Shown here in pieces: positions 28,442 through 36,534 of a DNA stretch of 64,000 nucleotides (the first letter of the stretch is position 1; each line of letters begins with the position of its first letter). The stretch comes from Bacillota bacterium (lineage in GTDB: Bacteria > Bacillota > Clostridia > Acetivibrionales > DTU013), in NCBI GenBank assembly GCA_023435305.1, contig JAEYRV010000053.1, forward strand, positions 64,762 through 128,761. The letters run 5' to 3'. The notes beneath the pieces were generated by a model, which saw only the letters and a program-made list of their open reading frames with translations, ran no database searches and was not told where the DNA came from. The translations under genes were made by a program, and so were the position numbers.

Positions 28442-28541
28442 CTTGCCTGTACAGACTGTAGGAAAATTGCTGCAGAAATAGTAAAATTAACTGTGACTTT
28501 TTATTCTCCTCGGTTGTCTTATTTATGAAAGGAGCGAAGAA

Positions 28542-29042
28542 ATGGAGAATGTAACTTGTGCTGACCAATTGGCCTCCGATGAATTGATACTTAAAAAGTA
28601 CGATTTGTACAAGAACATGCTGTTTCAAATTGCTGTTTCATATCTGGGCAATAAACATGATTGCGAGGATATAATTCAGGAGGCGTTTATCAGATTATGC
28701 TACCACGCCCCTGATTTCGAGCATGAAGAGCATGAAAAAAGATGGCTGGTACGTGTGGCGATCAATCTGTGTAAAAACCATGTACGCAGCTTCTGGCACA
28801 GAATGAAGGTGGATGGCGATGATGCACTGGAGCAGCGTTTCTGTCTTGAAGAGGAGAAAACAGTTATGTCCGACATAGTTCGTTTGCCGGGCAAATATAA
28901 AACCGTTATCCTCCTGTACTATATCGTAGGGTACAAAATATCTGAAATCGCCCAGACACTTGAGTTATCTGAATCAGCGGTCAAGATGAGGCTAAAGCGC
29001 GGGAGAGAATTATTAAGAATAGAATTGGAGGGAGAGAAATGA
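28542..29042 (+). CDS. ECF-type RNA polymerase sigma-70 family factor
   Basis: 166 aa. Region 2 is CEDIIQEAFIRL...RWLVRVAINLCKNHVRS and region 4 is YKTVILLYYIVGYKISEIAQTLELSESAVKMRLKRGRELL. Confidence 0.9.
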   Translation: MENVTCADQLASDELILKKYDLYKNMLFQIAVSYLGNKHDCEDIIQEAFIRLCYHAPDFEHEEHEKRWLVRVAINLCKNHVRSFWHRMKVDGDDALEQRFCLEEEKTVMSDIVRLPGKYKTVILLYYIVGYKISEIAQTLELSESAVKMRLKRGRELLRIELEGEK

Positions 29043-29968
29043 AAGAGAGCGAATTAAAAAAAATAATGACAACACCGGTTATGGACGAGACCATGGATCA
29101 GAATATAGCTGAAGCATTGTTAAATTATAGTACAGACAGCAATATGAAGAGCCGCAGAATCATAAAATCCAATTTACCTAAAATAGCTGCTGCCATATTA
29201 GTACTGGTTACACTCGGAACGGGTGCGGTATTGGCATCAAGCTATTTTGTAAGAACATATCTGAATGATATTGAGATCAAATCCGCCCAGGAGTTGGGGA
29301 TCGACCTTGATGAACAAGTATCGGACCTTTATGGGGATGATACTGTAAAGAAGCATTTCGGAGCCGGTGAGGGAATGGTATCCCAGCTGAAGTATAAGAA
29401 TGGCGGTGCCACGGTGACGAATGAGGATGGCTTTTATGTTTTTGAAAATGGATCAAGACTGGTCGCACCGGGCCTGACCGGCTCTGATCGTCATGAAAAT
29501 GCCCGGATAAGCGGTGAGGATGCATTTGTCGAGTTAGGGTACCCCAACCTTGTGCCATCATATATATATGAGCATTATATACTGGATGACAGCGGTTTCA
29601 TATGTTATGAAAATGAGACAGACAATACTGTTAATAAATGGCTGATGGCGCGTTTTTCCGATTCTGCTGACTATTTATCCAAGTTAATCTACGTAACATT
29701 CATACCCAGAGAGTCGCCGGTGAAAGGTGAAGGCAATATATACTTCACTGATGATAAGACGGATGAGGATTTCATCCATTCCGGCTATACCACTAAAAAC
29801 GGTGTACAATGCTCTATTGTTGAGGAGATCGGCGGCAATATAAACGCTCATATATTCTTTGAAATCGATACAATAGGAAATGGTGAAATAATGTTTGAGT
29901 TCGATGGATTTGAGATGGATAAAGTAAAGGAGATCCTTGATACTGTTCAGTTTGGAGAGGGGATATAG
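29039..29968 (+). CDS. Putative anti-sigma factor or membrane-anchored protein
   Basis: It has an ATGA overlap with the sigma gene, a single TM (IAAAILVLVTLGTGAVLASSYF), and an extracytoplasmic domain of about 240 aa. Confidence 0.7.
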   Translation: MKESELKKIMTTPVMDETMDQNIAEALLNYSTDSNMKSRRIIKSNLPKIAAAILVLVTLGTGAVLASSYFVRTYLNDIEIKSAQELGIDLDEQVSDLYGDDTVKKHFGAGEGMVSQLKYKNGGATVTNEDGFYVFENGSRLVAPGLTGSDRHENARISGEDAFVELGYPNLVPSYIYEHYILDDSGFICYENETDNTVNKWLMARFSDSADYLSKLIYVTFIPRESPVKGEGNIYFTDDKTDEDFIHSGYTTKNGVQCSIVEEIGGNINAHIFFEIDTIGNGEIMFEFDGFEMDKVKEILDTVQFGEGI

Positions 29969-30039
29969 AGCGGGTGAAGGGCACCTTGATTCATGTAAAG
30001 TTTCTGTTAACAATGAATCTGAAGACATCTAAAAAACTC

Positions 30040-30069
30040 TTGACAGATGTGTGATTTTTAGCTTATAGT
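30040..30069 (+). promoter_or_regulatory. Sigma-A-type promoter of the T-box leader
   Basis: TTGACA (30040-30045), an 18 nt spacer, then TATAGT (30064-30069). Confidence 0.6.
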
Positions 30070-30074
30070 AGATT

Positions 30075-30376
30075 TAACAATGAACTAAACCGATGATCGG
30101 GAATAGTAAATTCGTCGGCCACCTCGAAGAGAGCCGCAGGCGGTGCGATTGCGGCAGGCAGGGACGGATCGAATGGACTTGTGAGGGCAGACCGAAAGCA
30201 GGCGTTAGGCCTTGTAAGTAGTATCTGACGGGAACTTCACCCGTTACAAAGGAAGCGCGCGGAAATAGGCGCGGAACGAGAAGATGCGGGCTGTGTTGAG
30301 ACAGCAGCATCATTTGGGTGGTACCGCAGGAATCATACTCTTGCCCCTTGATTTAGGGGCAGGAGTTTTTTATTTG
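30075..30376 (+). promoter_or_regulatory. T-box riboswitch leader, tryptophan specifier (UGG)
   Basis: The stem I base is CGATGATCGGGAATAGTA, followed by an AGAGAG box. The specifier-loop context is GAA-UGG-A, with TGG at 30174-30176. The conserved T-box sequence TTTGGGTGGTACCGCAGG lies at about 30313-30330. It is followed by the terminator CTCTTGCCCCT-tgattt-AGGGGCAGGAG-TTTTTTATTT (30337-30376). Confidence 0.85.
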
Positions 30377-30588
30377 GCAAAGGCCAATTTGAAGAGATGA
30401 GATGAGAATAGAAGAGGGAGATGAGATGAGAGTATGAAGTGTGAAATTCACGTATTTCGATGGCGAATCCGACTATCAGGTCTTGTATCAGTTTCTTAAT
30501 ATCAAAAATTTCATGACAAAAAAGGATTGCGAAATCCGACAATAAATAATACTAAAATCAAAACTAATTTTGAAAAAGGAGAATTATT

Positions 30589-31815
30589 ATGTTGAATCCT
30601 AATGTTGACTTTGCGTTATATAGGAAGCAGACCCCTACAAAGGATGGTTATTTTGGCACATATGGAGGAGCATACATCCCTCCGCAGTTGGTTGCAGAGT
30701 TTGAGAAAATAAACACCGGATATCAGACCATATGCCAGAGTTCAAAATTTATAAGCGAGCTCAGGAGGATCCGCAAGGAGTTCCAGGGCCGTCCCACACC
30801 GACATATCACTGCGAAAGATTGTCCAACATGCTGGGAAACTGCCAGATATATCTGAAGAGGGAAGATTTGAATCACACCGGTGCGCATAAGCTCAATCAC
30901 TGTATGGGAGAGGCGCTTCTGGCAAAGTATCTGGGCAAGAAGAAGATAATAGCTGAGACAGGCGCAGGCCAGCATGGTGTTGCATTGGCAACTGCAGCCG
31001 CATTTTTCGGTATGGAATGCGATATTTACATGGGTGAGGTGGACATAGCAAAGCAGGCACCCAATGTCGCCAGAATGAAGCTGCTTGGAGCCAAGGTTGT
31101 TCCTGTATCACATGGTCTGAAAACGCTGAAGGAAGCTGTTGATGCGGCATTTGAAGCATATATGACAGAGTTTGAAGATGCGATGTACTGTATAGGTTCC
31201 GTTGTCGGACCACATCCGTTCCCGCTTATGGTCAGGGATTTCCAGACCGTCGTCGGCATTGAAGCAAGGGAACAGTTCCAGGAGATGACAGGAAACCTTC
31301 CTGATGCGGTAGTAGCTTGTGTTGGCGGAGGTTCAAACGCAGCCGGCATTATGACTCCGTTTTTGAATGATCCCGTAAAGCTCTACGGAGTCGAACCCCT
31401 CGGGATAGGCACCAAAAAGGGAGAGCATGCCGCAAGCCTGACATATGGTACAGAGGGCGTAATGCATGGCTTCAACTCCATCATGCTGCAGGATGAGAAG
31501 GGTGAACCGGATCCTGTATATTCAATAGCAAGCGGACTCGATTATCCGTCAGTTGGACCTGAGCATGCATATCTGAGGGATCTGGGCAGAGTGACATATG
31601 TATCGGCAGGCGATGAAGAAGCAATAGACGCATTCTTCACGTTATCGAGGATGGAGGGCATCATCCCGGCATTGGAAAGCGCTCACGCCGTTGCATACGC
31701 TATGAAGCTGGCAAAAGAGTATGGAACCGGGTCGATCCTGGTCAACTGCTCGGGCAGAGGCGACAAGGACCTGGATTACGTACTCGAGCGTTTCGGGGAC
31801 AGATTGGGTGTATAA
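30589..31815 (+). CDS. trpB: Tryptophan synthase beta chain-like PLP enzyme (stand-alone TrpB)
   Basis: 408 aa. …[38 protein letters not shown]…[30 protein letters not shown]…[21 protein letters not shown]…[10 protein letters not shown] is collinear with TrpB, including the PLP lysine (HTGAHK). No trpA is adjacent. Confidence 0.88.
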   Translation: MLNPNVDFALYRKQTPTKDGYFGTYGGAYIPPQLVAEFEKINTGYQTICQSSKFISELRRIRKEFQGRPTPTYHCERLSNMLGNCQIYLKREDLNHTGAHKLNHCMGEALLAKYLGKKKIIAETGAGQHGVALATAAAFFGMECDIYMGEVDIAKQAPNVARMKLLGAKVVPVSHGLKTLKEAVDAAFEAYMTEFEDAMYCIGSVVGPHPFPLMVRDFQTVVGIEAREQFQEMTGNLPDAVVACVGGGSNAAGIMTPFLNDPVKLYGVEPLGIGTKKGEHAASLTYGTEGVMHGFNSIMLQDEKGEPDPVYSIASGLDYPSVGPEHAYLRDLGRVTYVSAGDEEAIDAFFTLSRMEGIIPALESAHAVAYAMKLAKEYGTGSILVNCSGRGDKDLDYVLERFGDRLGV

Positions 31816-31974
31816 CATACGGCAATTAGTGTTGGTTTTATGACGGACCGGGTGTATACCATACGACAATTAGTGCTGTATTTCGTGACGGACCGGGTGT
31901 GTACCATTCGACAATTAGTATTGTATTTCGTGACGGACCGGGTGTATACCATACGACATTAAAATGCTGTATTG
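31806..31974. repeat. 45-bp tandem repeat, about 3.7 copies, starting inside the last codons of trpB
   Basis: Units lie at 31806-31849, 31850-31894 and 31895-31939, with a partial unit at 31940-31974. The consensus is GGGTGTATACCATACGACAATTAGTGCTGTATTTCGTGACGGACC. In unit 1 the sequence GGGTGTATAA includes the stop codon. Confidence 0.9.
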
Positions 31975-31997
31975 ATGTGGATGAATGAAAGTGTATA

Positions 31998-32043
31998 AAG
32001 AGGCAGATGGAGGGAATAAAAACCTGTTGTCTGCCTCTTTTAT
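31998..32043 (+). terminator. Rho-independent terminator (downstream of the trpB 3' repeats)
   Basis: AAAGAGGCAGA, a loop, TCTGCCTCTTT, then TAT. Confidence 0.7.
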
Positions 32044-32180
32044 AATTGAAAAAAATTGTTATTTGCGGTATATTCGTATAATAACGAGATGGAAATGTCT
32101 CCTGCCTCTTGGCGGGCATTGAACGATGCGTTATTACAGAAGAATGAAATTCATGTCTTTACAGAGAAGGAGGAGTCAGT

Positions 32181-33329
32181 ATGATAATCCAGAGAGGACC
32201 AATCGATGAAACACCGGAATTGACCGGATATGACAGCAGCAGAGTTGAGGCATTGAATACCCACCTTTGGAAAATGATCGATGATAAACGATTGGTAGGA
32301 GCAAGCTATTGTATAGCTAAAAATGACAAGGTCATCGCCAACAATGCATTGGGCTTCAGCAGCTACAAGAGAGAGCAGGGCGGTCTCATGCAGCCGAATT
32401 CTGTCATGCGGATAGCATCAGTAACCAAGCTGGTGACTGTAGTGGCGGTGTTTAAGCTTGTCGAGGATGGTTATATCCGTCCCGACGAGAAAATGTCCCA
32501 ATACATTCCGCAAATGGATAAAGAGCCGTTCAAGGACATAACGATAGCCCAGGTGCTGTCACATTCCTCCGGCCTTCCCTTTGGTTCTGATGAAGCAACC
32601 GATCCGTTTTCTTACATAGATAAATGTAAGAAGGGTGATGATTGGATCGAAGCAGGACTCAAAGCCGGAGTTACCTGTAAGCCGGGGGAACAGTGGTTAT
32701 ACTGTTCATTTGGTTATGAATTGCTTGGCGCTTTGATTCAAAATGTTTCGGGAGTCAGTGCCAGGGAGTATATCACAAAGAACATACTGGAACCGCTGGG
32801 TATGATGGATTCCAGTTTCACTCCGGGTCCGGAGCTTTGCAGACGTCATCTGATCCAGTTTGAGGACGATGAGCAAAAGATCACTAATGTAATCAACGGC
32901 ATACCGGAACCAGACAGCATTTGGAGTGATATGCCGAGTACTGGGGGAGGACTACACTCAACAAGCATGGATTTGTCGCGGTTCGCACGAATGCTCTGTA
33001 ATGGAGGCCGCCTTGGAAATGAGCGCGTTTTGGGGAAAATGGCTATTGAAAAAATGCGAACCCAGTATCTCTTCAATGTTCCCGACTACTGCTGGGGTGC
33101 AAATAATAAAAACCGGCTATATGGAATGGGACCGGACCTGCGAAGGGGAGATGCGGTCATCACCAGCCCCGATTTCTTTTTTCATGAAGGCTGGGGATTC
33201 CTGTGCGTCGCAGTAGATCCCAGAGAAAAGCTGGCTGCCGCATGGCTGGTGCCGTATACGAACGGGCAGCTGTGGCATCCGGAAAGCCTGCTGAATGTCA
33301 AGAATATCATTTGGTCGGGACTGATATAG
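32181..33329 (+). CDS. Serine hydrolase (beta-lactamase family, class C-like esterase/peptidase)
   Basis: 382 aa with the S-x-x-K motif IASVTKLVT and no signal peptide. It has a GGAGGAG RBS. Confidence 0.8.
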   Translation: MIIQRGPIDETPELTGYDSSRVEALNTHLWKMIDDKRLVGASYCIAKNDKVIANNALGFSSYKREQGGLMQPNSVMRIASVTKLVTVVAVFKLVEDGYIRPDEKMSQYIPQMDKEPFKDITIAQVLSHSSGLPFGSDEATDPFSYIDKCKKGDDWIEAGLKAGVTCKPGEQWLYCSFGYELLGALIQNVSGVSAREYITKNILEPLGMMDSSFTPGPELCRRHLIQFEDDEQKITNVINGIPEPDSIWSDMPSTGGGLHSTSMDLSRFARMLCNGGRLGNERVLGKMAIEKMRTQYLFNVPDYCWGANNKNRLYGMGPDLRRGDAVITSPDFFFHEGWGFLCVAVDPREKLAAAWLVPYTNGQLWHPESLLNVKNIIWSGLI

Positions 33330-33438
33330 TGGATAGTAAGCCCGGGCGGACAGCATGCCCGGGTGTATAATTAGCTCAGGCGGAAAGAAGTATGGAAAGA
33401 AGCACGGGAAGAAACACTGCAAAGGAATGGTTAAGTAG

Positions 33439-34464
33439 ATGAAAAAAATAAAAATAGCAGATATCATCCTACTGATACTTGCAGCGGCATCATTAGTCGG
33501 ATGCATATTGGAGTTCCAAAGAAGATCCCGGTTGCTGTACTATTTCATACCGTTGGTTTTTTTCATCTTTTTTCTGCTGGAGCGAAGAATCAGTAAAACA
33601 GAGAAGAGAAAAATCATTAAAATGGCAGCTCTTTTTGCAGGTGTCATATTAGCTATTTACTTTTCAGTTGTTTTCTATTTGCAGAGTACACCTATCGCAT
33701 ATGTCAGAGATGCGCAAAGTGAAGTATACCTGGAGAAAATAGAAAGTGTTGAACAGTTGTCCATACCTTCTATGAACGGACATACTGATGGTTGGCTGTA
33801 CAAACAGTCTGATGAAAAGGCCCCGCTGATCATATTTTTCAATGGAGCCGGAGAATGTTCAGCTGCAATAGTACGGAAGTTTCACGAGAACGGGATTTTA
33901 TCAGAGTATTTTCCAGGATACAACTTTATGAGCACTGATTACCCAAGCTATGGGATAAGTGACGGATACGTCTCAGAAGCGGCCATGAAGGAACTCGCCA
34001 TTGATACATATGATACCGCGATACAGTGGGATTTTGTCGATAAATCCAATATCATAGTCATGGGTTACAGCATCGGAACAGGGCCGGCTTCTTATCTTGC
34101 AGCACACAGGAATCTGACATCCCTTGTTCTGCTGGCCCCTTATGATGATTTTTGGGATAACAGGGTCAGAAATATAGAGATGCTTGGTAAGCGTAAAGGC
34201 TACGGGAAGACTTTCGAATGCTTATTCTACGGACTGTTTTGGGGCTATAACATAGATCCGGTCAGATATGCCGGAGATATTGAGGAACCTGTGCTGATCC
34301 TCTCATCCATGGATGACACAACGATAGTACATGAGGCTTCCCTGAGGGTGGCTGAAAGGATAGACAATTGCGAAGTGGCTACACTCACTGGGATCAAACA
34401 TGAGGATATGCTTTGCGATACCTCCTATGAGACTATTAACAAGTTTCTATACCAAAACCAATAG
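33439..34464 (+). CDS. Alpha/beta hydrolase with N-terminal TM segments
   Basis: 341 aa with three N-terminal hydrophobic helices, the nucleophile elbow GYSIGTG, and late Asp/His (SSMDD…IKHEDM). Confidence 0.8.
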   Translation: MKKIKIADIILLILAAASLVGCILEFQRRSRLLYYFIPLVFFIFFLLERRISKTEKRKIIKMAALFAGVILAIYFSVVFYLQSTPIAYVRDAQSEVYLEKIESVEQLSIPSMNGHTDGWLYKQSDEKAPLIIFFNGAGECSAAIVRKFHENGILSEYFPGYNFMSTDYPSYGISDGYVSEAAMKELAIDTYDTAIQWDFVDKSNIIVMGYSIGTGPASYLAAHRNLTSLVLLAPYDDFWDNRVRNIEMLGKRKGYGKTFECLFYGLFWGYNIDPVRYAGDIEEPVLILSSMDDTTIVHEASLRVAERIDNCEVATLTGIKHEDMLCDTSYETINKFLYQNQ

Positions 34465-34475
34465 CTTAGTGTTCA

Positions 34476-35504
34476 TTAAACCATCTCATTTAAATTATCA
34501 ACATCAGATAGATCATCGGCATCAGATAGATTGTCAACATTAGATCGATCATCAGCATCAGATAGATTATCAGCATCAGATAGATTATCAGCATCAGATA
34601 ATTTATCAGCATTAGATAGATTATCAACATCAGATAATTTATCAGCATTAGAGTTTTTGTTCGGAAGCAGTTCTCTTAAAAGAGTGTGCATCTCGTTGAA
34701 CTTTTTTGCACGTATACATATTCGTTTCCCAAGACGAGCCGCAAGAATATAGGCAAAATCTCTGCAAGCGCCTCTGTCATACAACTGTATTGTGCTTAAA
34801 TGCAACATTTTAACACCCATTCTATTAAGAACAGCTGAACGAACAGCATCTTTCGCCAATTCTGATGGACTGCTGTGATATGCGTAGCTGTCATATTCAA
34901 CACCCAATTTTGCATACTTATAGTACAGATCCACAAAACAATGGTCTTGTCCCAGACGTATCCTCGCTTCACCCTTTAGCTTTATCTTATGGTTAAAAAC
35001 TGCCCCGCTGAGTCCGTAACCTCCCAGAGCATGAGGCAGTACCAGGATCATATAAGAAAGTGATTCCATGATCGATGCAGACCCATTTTCCACGAACCTC
35101 AACGCCCGTATAGCTTTCGGGTGTCCACGGTGCCCAACGGTCTTTGCCAGAAATGCAGCGATTTTTTGCTTTGTAGTGATCGCATCACAAGGGAGTCCCT
35201 GTGGATGCGAGCATAACTGAAGACCGAGCAGGATAAGGCGGTGGATGCTCAATTTTCTTGCCAGCTCCAGGAACAATAACTCAGGTGACGCAACCATTTT
35301 ACTGTTTCGGACCGTTACAGCCCCATTGGGAAGAGCTAATTTTGTTGTATAGACATTTACTCCTTTCGTGTAAAACCGAGCATCATTACTTGGCACCGTA
35401 AAATCGGTATCGACGCCTTTTGCATTTTCGGTACCAATTACAGCTTCAATGCAAGGAATATCCCACATAATAGCAGCAGTAAAATAACTATAATATCCAT
35501 CCAT
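34476..35504 (-). CDS. DUF559/Vsr-like endonuclease-fold protein (AbiEi-like N-terminal region) with a C-terminal D-x-D-N-L-S hexapeptide repeat tail
   Basis: 342 aa. …CFVDLYYKYAKLGVEYDSYAYHSSPSELAKDAVRSAVLNRMGVKMLHLS… resembles the DUF559 core (D…EYDG..H……D..R…L…GW.V.R). The last 55 aa or so are about 9 copies of (D/N)(A/V)D(N/K/D)LS. Confidence 0.6.
   Translation of the reverse strand: MDGYYSYFTAAIMWDIPCIEAVIGTENAKGVDTDFTVPSNDARFYTKGVNVYTTKLALPNGAVTVRNSKMVASPELLFLELARKLSIHRLILLGLQLCSHPQGLPCDAITTKQKIAAFLAKTVGHRGHPKAIRALRFVENGSASIMESLSYMILVLPHALGGYGLSGAVFNHKIKLKGEARIRLGQDHCFVDLYYKYAKLGVEYDSYAYHSSPSELAKDAVRSAVLNRMGVKMLHLSTIQLYDRGACRDFAYILAARLGKRICIRAKKFNEMHTLLRELLPNKNSNADKLSDVDNLSNADKLSDADNLSDADNLSDADDRSNVDNLSDADDLSDVDNLNEMV
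34497..34660. repeat. 18-bp coding tandem repeat (about 9 copies) in the 3' end of the 34476..35504 gene
   Basis: The plus strand reads ATCAGATAGATTATCAGC, reiterated with variants. Confidence 0.85.
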
Positions 35505-35665
35505 GCAAATATATTACAACTTGATAGGAAAAATGTCAACTTATGGGAAATAGAAGAACCGAACCATGGTGCTGCAGTGAGAAGGAAGAGATAAAGATAA
35601 CTGACTCCACAACAAAATTACGTTACCGATACGGGTAAACTGATTTTTCTCGTGCTTTCTAAGCA

Positions 35666-35772
35666 CAGCTGTTATAAGTACCGGCATACCCTAAGCCAGC
35701 TGTTATAAGTACCGGCATACCCTAAGTCCAGCTGTTATAAGTACCGGCATACCCTAAGTCCAGCTGTTATCC
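35666..35772. repeat. 31-32-bp tandem repeat, about 3.4 copies
   Basis: CAGCTGTTATAAGTACCGGCATACCCTAAG(T)C lies at 35666, 35697 and 35729, with a partial copy at 35761. Confidence 0.9.
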
Positions 35773-35894
35773 AAAACCATCATTCTAAAAGACTGGATGT
35801 GATCCAAATTGCGATGCTTAACCCAGATGTTTTTCATAGCGTCATACTTTATGTCCAGCTGCTATCCAAGCCGCCTATATCAGAAGCAAGGTAC

Positions 35895-36037
35895 ACAAAA
35901 TTTTGAGTTGTGGGGAAATATCCTTAGGAAAATCTATGACTAGGGATCATTAAGGTTACATAAGAAGGAAATTTGTACTTTATTGGGCGAATACTCGTAT
36001 GCCAGGTAATTTATTTCCCCACAACTCAAAATTTTGT
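35895..36037. repeat. Perfect 26-bp inverted repeat pair flanking a 91-bp spacer
   Basis: ACAAAATTTTGAGTTGTGGGGAAATA (35895-35920) pairs with TATTTCCCCACAACTCAAAATTTTGT (36012-36037). Confidence 0.9.
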
Positions 36038-36198
36038 ACACCCTACTCTGGTAGAACCATTGGAGACGGCGGCGGATCCCGCTAAGAGGCGGCAAAGGAT
36101 CCTGCAAGGGGGTGTAAACTGGAGTTATTGTGGATAATCAGACAAAAGTAATTGAAAATAATTGCCATAGTCCATATAATTATAATGTGCGCTTGCAT

Positions 36199-36503
36199 AA
36201 AGCAGCGATTTCACATGGCAGGCGCAGAACAAGCAGCGATTTCTCATGGCAGGCGCAGAATAAGTAGCGATTTCACACGGCGGGTGCAGAGCAAGTAGCG
36301 ATTTCGCATGGCAGGCGCAGAGTAAGTAGCGATTTCACATTGCAGGCGTAGAACAAGCAGCGATTTTTACATAGAAGGCGCAGAGTAAGTAGCGATTTCA
36401 CATGGCGGGCATAGAACTAATAGCGATTCTGTATAGCGCAGAACAAGTAGAATAAGTAGAATAAGTAGAATAAGTAGAAATCCCGCATGACGGGTGCAGA
36501 ATA
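36199..36503. repeat. Degenerate 31-bp tandem array (about 8 copies) plus a 9-bp microsatellite (AAGTAGAAT, about 3.5 copies), upstream of the GH9 gene
   Basis: The unit is AAGCAGCGATTTCACATGGCAGGCGCAGAAC and its variants. Units abut head to tail with no unique spacers. The array ends about 30 bp before the GH9 start. Confidence 0.9.
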
Positions 36504-36534
36504 TATCGATAAGATGTAATATGGGGGGAACAGG

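Noticed and set aside
30434-30499. A 21-codon uORF (MKCEIHVFRWRIRLSGLVSVS) in the long spacer between the T-box terminator and trpB, containing one Trp codon.
   Set aside because: It has no properly spaced RBS and only a single Trp codon. The T-box already explains the regulation, so the uORF is probably fortuitous.
31838-32119. A minus-strand 93-aa ORF and a plus-strand open frame through the 45-bp repeats after trpB.
   Set aside because: There is no start/RBS context, the products are purely repetitive, and the ORFs span the trpB terminator. I treat the region as a non-coding 3' UTR repeat.
36199-36503. A regular array with a period of about 31 bp that looks CRISPR-like at first glance.
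   Set aside because: The units abut directly with no unique spacers. The copies are degenerate rather than identical. There are no cas genes and no leader. It is a tandem minisatellite, not a CRISPR array.
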